Shown: positions 37,951 to 52,711 of the stretch, piece by piece
Layout: each line of letters opens with the position of its first letter
Numbering within the stretch: position 1 is the first letter of the stretch
From: the human T2T-CHM13v2.0 reference genome, Homo sapiens
NCBI RefSeq assembly: GCF_009914755.1
Contig: NC_060937.1
Reading direction: 5' to 3' (one strand)
Length of the DNA stretch: 64,000 bases
Program-made: the position numbers and the translations under genes
Notes under the pieces: generated by a model
The model's database searches: none
Told to the model about the DNA's origin: nothing
What the model saw: only the letters and a program-made list of their open reading frames with translations

Positions 37951-38493
37951 CTATAGATATTTAACATGTCTTGTAGATGATCCCTGCCTCCCAACACACA
38001 CATTGACTAGATTGCAGTAACAGTGAGGTGAGGGCAGAATCTCAGTCAGAATTCAACATCTAACCTTTGTTCTCTCCCTGTATCCTCACATTTCCCTCCT
38101 TGGCCTAACCTTGACCCTATGCTTCAGTTTTAGTTCTACTTTTCTAAGAAGCAATCTATGATTCAGAAGTAGAGTACTCAGCCAGCTGGCCAGCTGTCTG
38201 TTTTACTGTCTCTCCATGCATATACATACATCCATGCAGTCAATTAACTGCTAACTTTTATTTAGCCTATGCTATATACCGGGAATACAAAGGTGAATGA
38301 AGCCTACCTCTTGCCTTCTAGAGGTTCATAGCATGGTGAGGGAGGGAAGTTTTGAAGTGTGGCCTGGGATCACAATGGAGGAGTAAGCTGGGAAGTAGTC
38401 AGGTGGTGATATTTAAATAGGTAAGACCATAACACTGACATTGATTTCTTTAATGGTTGGATGTTTACTTAATCCTGCTGCCTATCTATAGTG

Positions 38494-38816
38494 TAGTAGG
38501 CCCCCTCTTATCTGTGGGTTCTGTGTTCCAAGACCACCAGTGGATGCCTGAAACCATGGAAAGTACTGAACCCTACAGATACAGTATTGTTTTCCTATAG
38601 TACTGGTCCCTTCATACACAATGTTTTTTCCTATATATACATAATTATGATAAAGTTTAATTTATAAATTAGGTACAGTAAGACATTAACAACAAACAAT
38701 GCAATGGAACAATAATAACTATAGTTGTAATAAAACTTATGTGAGTATGGTCTCTCTTTCTCTGGAAATATATTATTATAACCATGGAAAGCAAAACTGT
38801 AAGAGAGGACTACTAT
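38494..38816. mobile_element. MER44A-like (Tigger-derived) MITE
   Basis: ttccaagaccaccagtggatgcctgaaacc and tatgataaagtttaatttataaattagg motifs; GGACTACT terminus. Confidence 0.75.
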
Positions 38817-39084
38817 AGTTTTGTTTCTTCCTCCTTCTTAGTAGCTGAGAAGCAATATAGAGCAGGCACTCTCCTGTGTTAGGGACAGGGATCAATCATA
38901 ACATCTTTACATGAAGGGTGGTGAAACAGAAGGGCAGGAGTGCATTAAGAGTCAACTAGGATGGGGGGATATGACTCAAGTGCTCCAGCTCCCAAACTGA
39001 AAGCCAGCAGATTCAAAAGAGGGAGAGCTTATCTTGAGAAAAAATGTCATGGTGCCACATAAGGTAGGGACCAGCTGTGGTGGT

Positions 39085-39370
39085 GTAGCTGGCAAGTCTA
39101 AAATTTGTAGGGCAGGCCCACAGTCTGAGAGCTTTCAGATAGGATGAGATTCTTGAGGCAGTATTTCTTCTTCTTCAGAGAAACTTCAATTTTGTTCTTA
39201 AATCCTTGCAAATGATTGGTCCATATAGATTGGCCCACATAGATTATCAAAGATAAACTCCATAGGTGTTAGCCACATCTCCAAAATACTTTCATGGCAA
39301 CCCCAAAATCAGTGTTTGACTAACTGGGTAAGCATAGTGTAGCCAGGTTGACACATAAAATTAACTGTCA
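39085..39370 (-). mobile_element. MLT2 LTR fragment
   Basis: ggcaagtctaaaatttgtagggcaggc ... ccaggttgacacataaaattaac. Confidence 0.65.
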
Positions 39371-39559
39371 CCATGTTCCTGGGTTCAAGAACTTAAAGCC
39401 AAATATGCAACCTGGTTTGGCAAGCCTGTGATGAGTTCAGGGGCTGCAAGTGCTCTCCAGGCTGTCAGGAAGGACATGGTTGATGACAGGAGCAAGATTT
39501 TCTGACCAGTCACATTTATTCACATTTTGGTTTAAAAAAGCTGCTTTTTAAATTTGTTT

Positions 39560-39850
39560 ATTTTTATTTTTTTGAAAGGCTCTGTCACTCAGGCCGGAGT
39601 CCAGTGGTATGATCTTGGCTCACTGCAAACCTCCGTCTCCCGGGTTCAAGCGAGTCTCCCCCCTCAGCCTCCCCAGTAGCTGGGACTACAGGCGTGTGCC
39701 ACCACTCCCAGCTAATTTTTGTATTTTTAGTAGAGACGGGGTTTCACCATGTTGGCCAGACTGGTCTCGAACTCCTGACTCTCAGTTGATCTACCCGCCT
39801 TGGTCTCCCAAAGTGCTGGGATTACAGGCATGAGCTGCCATGCCTGACCT
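39560..39850 (-). mobile_element. Alu
   Basis: Reverse Alu. Confidence 0.92.
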
Positions 39851-41750
39851 CAAAAGCTTCTTATATTATGAGAAAGTAGAGCCATGACTCACACTGTTAT
39901 TTTGAGTAAATGCAAAACAGTACTTAAAAGATCATTCTTGTTATTATTTATTTACTTATTCTAGACCTTTTCTGACAGTGTGAAAAAGATTATTCTTAAA
40001 AAATCATTATCTATAGTGAAGATTTAACTTTGAGGAGTTTTTAATTATGCTGGAGAGTGGAGTAACATTCATTTGGGGTAAGCCTAAGAGTTTTGTTTCC
40101 TAACATGTTTGGCCTCTGATTTTGTTGTTTCGCCCTTTTATTTATTCACTAGTCTTGCTGTAGATACTAATGCTTGCCTGTGGTTTAAGAGAAATTAAGC
40201 AACTTAAAAACAGAGCAAATAGAAATGTAGTTAGCTTTGCCTTTCTTTTTTGCTTAATGTAAGGGTTTCGTGGGAATTGGTGTTTTGGGAGAAGTTCAAA
40301 TGTATTTGCTTTTGGCAATGGAACAATAATGGTAAAGGTAGGGTGTCTTAATGTAGATTGGTTCAATTTAGATATGAAAGTCTGAAATTTATATTGGCTT
40401 GAAGATTTTAGGGCAGGATAATTTTATAAATTCTCGTTATTGTCATTTTATTGTGTCTGACACTTTTTCTTGAATGTAAATTCTCCTCCCCTCCTTATTC
40501 TAATCTGCATGTATAATACCTCTTTTACCCAAATTATATTGATTTGCCAGCAGTCTTTCTTGTTTCCTCTCTTTTTTTCTCCTTTCCACTTGCTGTTGTT
40601 TAAATTCAAAGAGTTTTCTTTGTGGAGACTGAACCTAATAGTAAGACAGCATAAAACACTGAGTTCAGCAGAAAGTGATTTGCTTGTGATTAACCCTTGA
40701 GAATTAACTCACTGCAAGATAACAAAGAATGAATGTTTTCCAAACATCTGGCTCATTCTTCTTTTCCATTAGTAGATGAGACCTCTCCATTTACCCTCTA
40801 GGTGTTAGGAATTCTCATACTGTTTCACTTAGGCTTTATCATACTCGTCACGGCATATTGTTAGAAAGTAAGTCCAAAAGAGAGTTCATGACATACCCTT
40901 TCTCTGCCACAGACCTCTCACAGTCCTTGCAGCAAAAGGCAGTTAGTGTCATTCTTTTAGTTGTTCAAGACAATAACCTTGACTCTTCTCTTTTCCTTTT
41001 AGTTGCTCAAGACAACTAAAAGGTCCTTTTAGTTCCTTTTGGTTGCAAAGACTTTATTTTCTTTGTCTTCCGAGAGACTTTTGGATATATTTACCTGGTC
41101 CAGGGTATTTTGAAGCATGACCATATGTTAGATTCTTAATTACGTTTAACTAGCATTGTCCATTATATTTTCTCATTTCAAAACCTTGACTCCATATCCA
41201 GTGTCTCAGCAAATCCTATTGGCCTTACCTCCGAACTCTATCTAGTATCTCACCACTTTCCTCATTTCCATCATTAATCGCTGTAGCCCAAGTGACCATT
41301 ATCTCTTTCATGGATTATTTTAATAGACTTACAACTCATCCCCATGCCTCTGCTTTTCATCCTCTACAATCTATTCTCAACATGACAAGTAGAATGATCC
41401 TTAGAATTTTAATTGAAATAATCTTAGGCCTCTGCTCAAAACAATGATGTACTGTATCACTCGGAGAAAAGCTAGTCTTTATGTTGACCATATAAGGCCC
41501 AGCATGATCTGCTCCCCTTGTGACCTGTTCGACCTTGTTGCCTATTTTTTTCTCTTTCTCTTCCTGCTGTATGCACACTGGCCTTCTGGCTATTCGTTAG
41601 GCACACTGGGCACACCTGTGCTTTAGGGACTTTACACTTGTTCCCATTGCTAGTCCAAAATCTAAGGAATCCTTTTTCTTGCTTTAATTTTTTTCCAAAA
41701 GTCATTTTTTTCAGTGAAGCTTGCCCTACTCACTTTAAATTTGTTGCTCT

Positions 41751-42226
41751 TGTAGCAGGACAAGCCGCAGGCAAAACCTCTCAGACATCGAGTTGTAGAA
41801 GGAAGGGCTTTATTCAGCTGGGAGCATCGGCAAGCTACTGTCTTAAAATCCAAGCTCCCCGAGTGCACAATTTCCGTCCCTTTTACGGGCACACAACACT
41901 AAAGATTTTATATGAAAGGGTTGTGATTGATTGAGCAATCTAGGGGATATGTGACGGGGTTTCATGCACTGGTAGTCAGAGTGAAACAGAACAGAGCAGG
42001 GAGTTTCACAATGTTCTTCCATACAATGCCTGAAATCTATGGGTAACATCGGGTTCTAAGTCATGAGTTGATTTTTAACTACTAGGTTTAGGCCATGCAG
42101 GCTCGGGCGTGGTTTTGGGCCTGGGGCCAGGCTGCCTGTCTTTGATTTCACTTCCTTGTTTTTTTCTTAAAACAGGTACTGAGTATAAAATATAAAACAA
42201 TGTGAGAGGGTCTCTCTCTTCCCTCA
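41751..42226 (-). mobile_element. LTR15-like ERV1 solo LTR, TSD CTCT, inserted in an L2 relic
   Basis: Minus strand begins TGAGGGAAGAGAGAGACCCTCTCA and ends CCTGCTACA; 4-bp TSD. Confidence 0.8.
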
Positions 42227-42839
42227 CTCTCACCATACAAACACATACCTACTTCTTTATCTGCTTAATTTTTTTCCATAGCACAAATCACTGCGTAAAA
42301 TAATTATATATTTTTCCTGTTAAAATTGTTTGTTGTCTGTCTCTCTTGCTAAAATGTACCTTCATGAGGATAGGGATTTTGTCTGATATATCCCTAGGGC
42401 TTAAAATCATGACTGGCACATAGTAAATACTGAGTATTTATTGAATTAATTAATGAACCAGTCAGAGATGGGAAATAGCCTTCAAGTGCCTGTTTGCTAA
42501 ATTACCTAACCTTTTTATTGGGAGTTTATTTTCCTTAATGTTTGTTTAACAAATTAGTTATTCTTTCATGTTTTCCACATAACCTGTGGATTATCTTCAT
42601 TTTTTTTTTTTTGTAAGGAAATTTACCAGACATAAGGTCCTAACTTTATTTTCTTTGTCTTCCGTGAGACTTTTGAATATATTTACCTGGTCCAGGATAT
42701 TTTGAAGCATGACCATATGTTAGATTTTTAATTAAGTTTAACTAGCATTGTCCATTATATTTTCCCATTTCAAAACATAATTTCGGTCACCAGTATGGTA
42801 CACATAAAATATGAGCTACAAGAGACATCTCGGTGGTGG

Positions 42840-43590
42840 TGAGAGACAGGACTAGTTGGACTTCCTAGGCCGACTAAGAATTCCTAAGCCTAACTGGGGA
42901 AGGTGACCGCACCTACCTTTAAACACAGGGCTTGTAACTCAGCTCACGCCCAACCAATCAGGTAGTAAAGAGGGCTCACTAAAATACAAATTAAGCTAAA
43001 AGCAGGAGGTAAAGAAATAGTCAAATCATATATCGCCTGAGAGCACAGGGGGAGGGGCAGTGATTGGGATATAAACCCAGGCATTGGAGCAGAGAGTGGG
43101 CAACCCCCTTTGGGTCCTCTCACATTGTACGGGAGCTCTGTTTTCATTCTATTAAATCTTGCAACTGCACACTCTTCTGGTCCGTGTTTGTTACGGTTCG
43201 AGCTGAGCTTTTGCTCGCTGTCCACCGCTGCTGTTTGCTGCCGTCGCAGACCTGCCGCTGACTTACACCCCTCTGGATCCAGCAGGGTGTCCACTGCGTT
43301 TCTGATCCAGTGAGGTGCACATTGCCGCACCTGATCAGGCTAAAGGCTCGCCTTTGTTACTGCACGGCTAAGTGCCCTAATCGAGCTGAACACTGGTTGC
43401 TGGGTTCCACCGTTCTCTTCCATGACCCACAGCTTCTAATAGCTATAATACTCACCACATGGCCCAAGGTTCAATTTCTTGGAATCTGTGAGGCCAAGAA
43501 CCCCAGGTCAGAGAACAAAAGGCTTGCCGTCATTTTGGGAGCGGCCCACCCCATGTTGGGAGCTCTAAGACCAAAGACCCGCCCGTAACA
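42840..43590 (+). mobile_element. HERV-W LTR17 solo LTR, TSD GTGG
   Basis: TGAGAGACAGGACTAG start, CCAAT, GATATAAA, ATTAAA-TCTTGCAACTGCA, GTAACA end; 4-bp TSD. Confidence 0.92.
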
Positions 43591-44583
43591 GTGGTAAAGT
43601 TTCTTAAGATCATTTTCATGTCATTATACAAACTTTTAGAAAATGACGCTTTGCTAGATTTTGGAAATCCAAAGAAATAAAACACAGTCCCTACCTCCGG
43701 AAGCCTACATGTTGGAAGGGATTTGAAATAGGTAAATGAGTATTAACTAATGTAATATATATTACAGTAGAAAGATCTCCTGAGTACTATGGAGTACTGA
43801 AGAGTTTTGTTTGGGTGAGAGGTGAGTGAAGAAAGCTTTTTTGAGAAGATGAGCTTGAAGTTGATTGCTGAGTAAGATTTCCCAGGAGTAAAGCAGAGAG
43901 GAACAAAAGGAGTAAGAGTAAATAATATGAGAATGAAAAAAGGACCAACATGGAATGTCTGTGACGTTCACATAGGTGCTGGTTATTTTTCATAACCTTG
44001 TTTGAATCATTACGAGCATGTTAGGATACAGGTATTTGTATCTTAATTTTATAGATGAGGAAATGGGCCCAAAGAGAATAGCTTAGGATCACAGAATGTT
44101 GAATTGGAGCCCAGGCCTGATTAACTTGAAGCCCATGGACTTTCCATAGCAGCCCCATACATAGCATTCAGGTGTGAAGGAGTAGAAAGTATAAGGGGCT
44201 CATGCTTGCTGCATGGATGAAAAACTTGAAGGCTTATTTAGAAAGTAAAAGTTTAGTACGAGCCATGAGGAATGGGAAAGGGTACTAATTAATGATGAGG
44301 AAGATGATGGTACAGAGTAGGCTTGAAGGGCCAGCGGGCATCAGAAACCATAACTGTGTAATGATGCTATTTAGTGAGAACATAAGATTTTTCTTTAGCT
44401 AGACCTAGCAGTCTAGGATGAGGATTCTCTGTGGTAACTCTGCCACCATTTTGAAACCATTCGATTTCACTGACAATTTGCCATCTGTTGCTTTCTGCAG
44501 TGCTATTATGCATATGCCTGGAAGTTTTTAAATCCAAAATATTCATGCATTGTATATGGTCAGAGAGAATGCAGTGAAAGCTA

Positions 44584-44955
<372 letters not shown>

Positions 44956-46344
44956 GCTTAAATACCCTTGTCCCATATCACATAAATTTGTTTTTTGAAT
45001 ATATATCATCTTTTTTTCCCCCATGGTGACCATGACAGATTATTAAAAACTAAATTTCTAAATTTGATGTAAGTAGAATGTTAGGTTTTTGGTTTTTCTT
45101 ACATAGAGACCACTGTTCCCAAACATTATGCTGGACCAGTTGTAAAAGAATTTTTTTGGTGGCATTTGTAACTGATTTCATTTTTAAGTATATATGTGCA
45201 TATATTTATAGAAAGATCAGCTTGTTCTATAAGTAGAAGTATGTGGTACCCTAATTTTGTGTAACAACAACAAAAATATATCCAATAATTAGATTTTCTG
45301 CAGGCCTAGAAAATGTTAGCTACTTTTTTAAGCCATAAACGTCTGAATCGTCAGATAAAATGTTTCAAAACTAAAACTTGCCCAAGGCAGCCTTGTGAAT
45401 TTTTTTTTAAAGAATTAAAAAAAAAGCCTCATATGGCATCCATATTCATCATCTACTGCTACATATGTGTGACACTTACGGCAGTTTTAGCCTATACTAG
45501 GGTACAGGAATATACTTACTTTTTTAAATCATACTTCCTGATTTCTTTTATTTTCATATCCCAATTTTTCCTAAGTCAAAGAAACAGCAACATTTCTGTT
45601 TCTGCAGAATTTAACCTGGTTATTGCCTAGTTGGTAGAAAATGACTGTAGTTGTGGTACCAACACTATGCCTGATTCACCATTTTACTATTATATTGTCT
45701 TTTCAATGTCATTTTTTCTCATTCTGTTACTGGCAGTTTAGTTTTAAAGCATCATTGTTTAAAAAACATTCAAAATAAAAGTCGAAATACATCTTCATGT
45801 TTACAACTGGATCAGATATGGTGTTGTGCATATAAAAGAAACAAAATACAGATCCTCTTAGCCCAAGGATATGATACTGAAGTTTAGTAAACGAGAAATA
45901 GCATAGTGATGAAAGCATGCTAATTGTTTTTCAACAATAGTAAAATAGAGAACATGTTAATGGAATTATCTGATATTTACACAGTTATGCCAAGTAAACC
46001 ATAGGTTATTCAGAAACCCCAGTGTGTTTTAGATGTTATTTTATTTTTAAAATTAAAGCCAAAGAAAGGTATGGTCAGGAGTTCTGTGTTGAGTTACTTA
46101 CTTAGACTTAGATTGACTCCCTTTCTCTTATACTTCTGTTTTCTACATTTGAAACTAGTTTCTTTTTCCTGTTTGAGTCATTCATATATGTGGAAGTTTG
46201 AGGAGAATTGTTACTGTTTTACAGCTCACAAAATCTGTGTCTGAAAAGAAATACCAATGGCTTTTTAGCAAATAAAAAAATGTTAGGTAGTAGATAAATT
46301 TTTTTCTAGGAAACAATTCATATTATTCTGGGCCAGTTAAAGTT

Positions 46345-47737
<1,393 letters not shown>

Positions 47738-48075
47738 TAAGTTTTGGGGGAACAGGTGGTGTTTGGTTACATGGATAAGTTCTTTAGTGGTGACATCTGA
47801 GATTTTAGTGTACTCATCACCTGAACACTGTACCCAGTGTGTAGTCTTTTATCCCTCGCTCCCACCCATTACCTGCCCTGTGAGTCCCCACAATCCGTTG
47901 TATCAATTCTTATGCCTTGCATCCTCATACCTTAGCTCCTAGTTATAAATGAGAACATACAATATTTGGTTTTCCGTTCCTGAGTTACTTCGCTTAGAAT
48001 AATGGTCTCCAACTCCATCCAGGTTGCTGCAAATGCCGTTATTTGTTCATTTTTATGGCTGAGTAGTACTTCATG

Positions 48076-48076
<1 letters not shown>

Positions 48077-48107
<31 letters not shown>

Positions 48108-48114
48108 ATATATA
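48077..48114 (+). repeat. (TG)n then (TA)n microsatellite
   Basis: Direct reading. Confidence 0.9.
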
Positions 48115-48143
48115 TCACATTTTCTTTATCCGCTCTTTGATGA

Positions 48144-48688
<545 letters not shown>

Positions 48689-48724
48689 TGAGCCACCACG
48701 CCCAGCCTATTTTTTGATTTTTAA

Positions 48725-49039
<315 letters not shown>

Positions 49040-51195
49040 TAGTAGAGACAGGGTTTCACCATGTTGGCCAGGCTGGTCTCGAACTCCCTGACCTCAGGTG
49101 ATCCACCTGCCTTGGCCTCCCAAAAGTGCTGGATTACAGGCATGAGACACTGTGCTCGGCCATTAGCATAATTTTTGATGGCATTATTTGTTTTTTTCTT
49201 GCTGATTAGTTTGAGTTTCTTGTAGATAGTGTGTATTAGTCCTGTGTTGGATACATAGTTTGCAAAGATTTTCCCCTACTCTGTGGGTTGTTTATTCTGC
49301 TGATTATTTCTTTTGCTGTGCAGAAGCTTTTTAGTTTAATTAGTTCCCATCTATTTATATTAGTTTTTGTTGCATTTGCTTTTGGCTTTTTGATCATTCA
49401 GGAGCAGGTTATTTAATGAAATCTTTGCCTAAACCAATGTTTGGAAGGGTTTTTCTGATGTTATCTTCTATAATTTTTATGCTTTTAGGTCTTAGATTTA
49501 TCCATCTTGACTTGATTTTTGTATAAGGTGAGAGATGAGGATCCAGTTTCATTCTTCCACATGTGGCTTGCCAGTTATCTCAGCACCATTTGTTGAATAG
49601 GGTGTCCTTTCCCCACTTTATGTTTTTATTTGCTTTGTGGAAGATCAGTTGACTGTTAAGTATTTGGCTTTATTTCTGGGTTCTCTATTCTGTTCTATTG
49701 GCCTATATGCCTGTTTTTGTACCAGTACCATGCTGTTTTGGTGACTATGGCTTTATAGTATAGTTTGAAGTCAGGTAATGTGATGCCTCCAGATTTGTTC
49801 TTTTTCCTTAGTTTTGCTTTGGCTGCATGGGCTGTTTTTTTGGTGCCGTATGAATTTTAGGATTGTTTTTTCTAGCTCTGTAAATGATGATGCTCGTATT
49901 TTGATGGGAATTGCATTGAGTTTGTAGATTGCTTTTGGCAGTACAGTCATTTTCACAATATTGATTCTATCCATCCATGGGCATGTGATGTGTTTCCATT
50001 TGTGTTGTGTGTGATTTCTTTCAGCAGTCTTTTGTATGATAGTTTTCCTTGTAGAGGTTTTTTACCTCCATGGTTAGGTATATTCCTTTGTAATTTTTTG
50101 TTTGTTTTTTCTTTGCAGCTATTGTAAAAGGGGTTGAGTTCTTGATTTGATTCTCAGGTTGGTCACTGTTAGTGTATAGCAGAGCTACTGATTTGTGTAC
50201 ATTAATTTTGTATCCTGAAACTTTGCTGAATTCATTGATCAATTCTAGGAGATGTTTGAAGGAGTCTTCAGGGTTTTCTGGTATACAATCATATCTTCAG
50301 CAAATAGTGACAGTTTGACCTCCTCTTTACCGATTTGGATGCCCTTTATTTCCCTCTCTTGTTTGATTGCTCTGGCTAGGACTTCTAGTACTATGTTGAA
50401 TAGAAGTGGTGTAAGTGGGCATCCTTGTCTTGTTGCAGTTCCCAGAAGGAATGCTTTCAACTTTTCTCCACTCAGTATTATGTTGGCTGTGGGTTTGTCT
50501 TTTATTACCCTAAGGTATGTTCCTTCTATCCTGATTTTGCTGAGAGTTTTAATCATGATGGAATGCTGGATTTTGTCAAATGCTTTTTCTGTGCCTGTTG
50601 AGATGATCGGGTGATTGTTGTTTCCACTTCTGTTTAGTATATCACATTTATTCACTTGTGTGTGTTAAACTATCTCTGCATCCCTGGTATGAAACCCTCT
50701 TGATCATAGTGGATTATTGTTTTGATATGCTGTTGGGTTTGATTAGTTAGTATTTTGCTGAGGTTTTTTGCATCTATGTTCATCAGGGATTTTGGTCTAT
50801 AGGTGTTCATTTTGTTGTTGTTATGTCATTTCCTGGTTTTGGTATTAGGGTGATAACTGGCTTCATAGAATGATTTAGGGAGGATTCCCTGTTTATCTTT
50901 TGGAATATTTTCAATAGGATTGGTACTAGTTCTGTTTTGAATGTCTGACAAAATTCAGCTGTAAATCCATCTGGTCCTGGACTTTTTTTTGTTGACAGTT
51001 TTTTTGATTACCATTTCAGTCTCACTTATTGTTATTGGTATGTTCTGAGTTTCTAGTTCTACCTTGTTTAATCTTGGAGGGTTGTATATTTCCTGGAATT
51101 TATCCATCTCCTCTAGGTTTTCTAGTTTCTCTGTGTAAGGGTGTTCATAGTACTCTTGAATGATCTTTTTATTTCTGTGGTATTGGTTGTAATAT

Positions 51196-52018
51196 TGTTA
51201 TAGGAAATAGAAATAAAGTATTTGGGTAGACGGGGAGAAGAGAGTCCCTGGCAGAAAACTTTCCTTCTAACATAAAGTAGCTCAGAAATAGCTCCCTTCT
51301 AACCTCATGCAGTTCAAAGAAATCACTTCTCTAACTAAACAAGCAGCCTGAAAGATCAGGCTGTAAATCACAGATAAACCCCTGGAGCACAGAAGGAGGG
51401 CGGGGAGTCTCCTGGGTAATCACCAAACTTCACAATGGGCCCCAGTAAAAACAGTGGGCCTTAATAAGCACATTCCTTTCCCTTTAGGACATCAAGATAG
51501 AGAAGCTAAAAGTGGACTTGGGGAGGTGGGGGTGGAGACGTCGTGGGGGAGGGGTGTTGGGGGGATGCCTGCAGCTGCAAGAAGATGTCTGGGAACAGAC
51601 ACAGAAACTCTCCCTCTCAGATAAGCAAAAGAAGGCATCACAGACTAAGTCTGCCCATGTGATCCAGGAATAAAGTGAGAGCTGATAAAAAAAAAAACTC
51701 TGCTCTATAAAGATAGCACACCTGGTCCCAACTAAATCGTCAGGCCCTAGGAGGATAAGACATCCCCTCCTCACTGGCACCACCCCCGCCACCTGCCACT
51801 AACTCCCTCCTCACTAGCCCATTTATAAAAACCCTGACATTTTTACTAAGCAACTCACTCGGGACCCATCTCTTCAAGGGAGAGCTGTTCTTTCTTTTTG
51901 CCTATTCAACTTTGCTCCAAACTCAAGTCTGTGTGTGTAGTGTGTGTTCGCGACCTCCGTCTCCTTGACTGTTCGACCAAGAGCCTTGGTATTTACCCCA
52001 GACAACGAGGCTGCTTCA
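51196..52018 (+). mobile_element. ERV1 (MER4-group) solo LTR nested in L1 ORF2; subfamily uncertain
   Basis: TG...CA termini, ggtatttaccccagacaacgaggctgcttca end, near-TSD ATAT/GTAT; L1 resumes after it. Confidence 0.75.
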
Positions 52019-52555
52019 GTATCTCCCGTTTCATTTCTAATTTAGCGTATTTGGATCTTCTCTCTTCTTTTCTTGGTTAATCTAAGGGTCTACCAATTTT
52101 ACTTATCTTTTCAAAGAACTGAACCAGTTTTTGTTTCACTTTTGTTTTGTTGTTGTTGCTGTTTCAATTTCCTTTAGTTCTTCTCTGATCCTTCTTTCTA
52201 TTCTCTTGCTGGGTTTGGGTTTGGTTTGTTCTTGTTTCTCTTTTTCCTTGAGGTGTGACCTTACATTGTCTATTTGTGCTCCTTCAGAATTTTTGATGTA
52301 TTACATACATTTTGATTTAATATTATGAACTTTCCTCTTAGCACTGCTTTTGTTTTATCCCAGAGGTTTTGGTAGGTTGTGTCACTAATGTCAGTTCAGT
52401 TCAAATACTTTTTTATTTTTCATCTTGATTTCATTGTTGACCCAAAGATCATTCAGGAGCAGGTTATTTAATTTCTATGTATTTGCATGGTTTTGAGGGT
52501 TCCTTTTGGAGTTGATTTTCAGTTTTATTCCACTGTGGTCCGAGAGAGTACTTGA

Positions 52556-52711
<156 letters not shown>

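Noticed and set aside
51519-51565. G-rich run with G-quadruplex potential
   Set aside because: Inside an LTR; such runs are common and there is no supporting context
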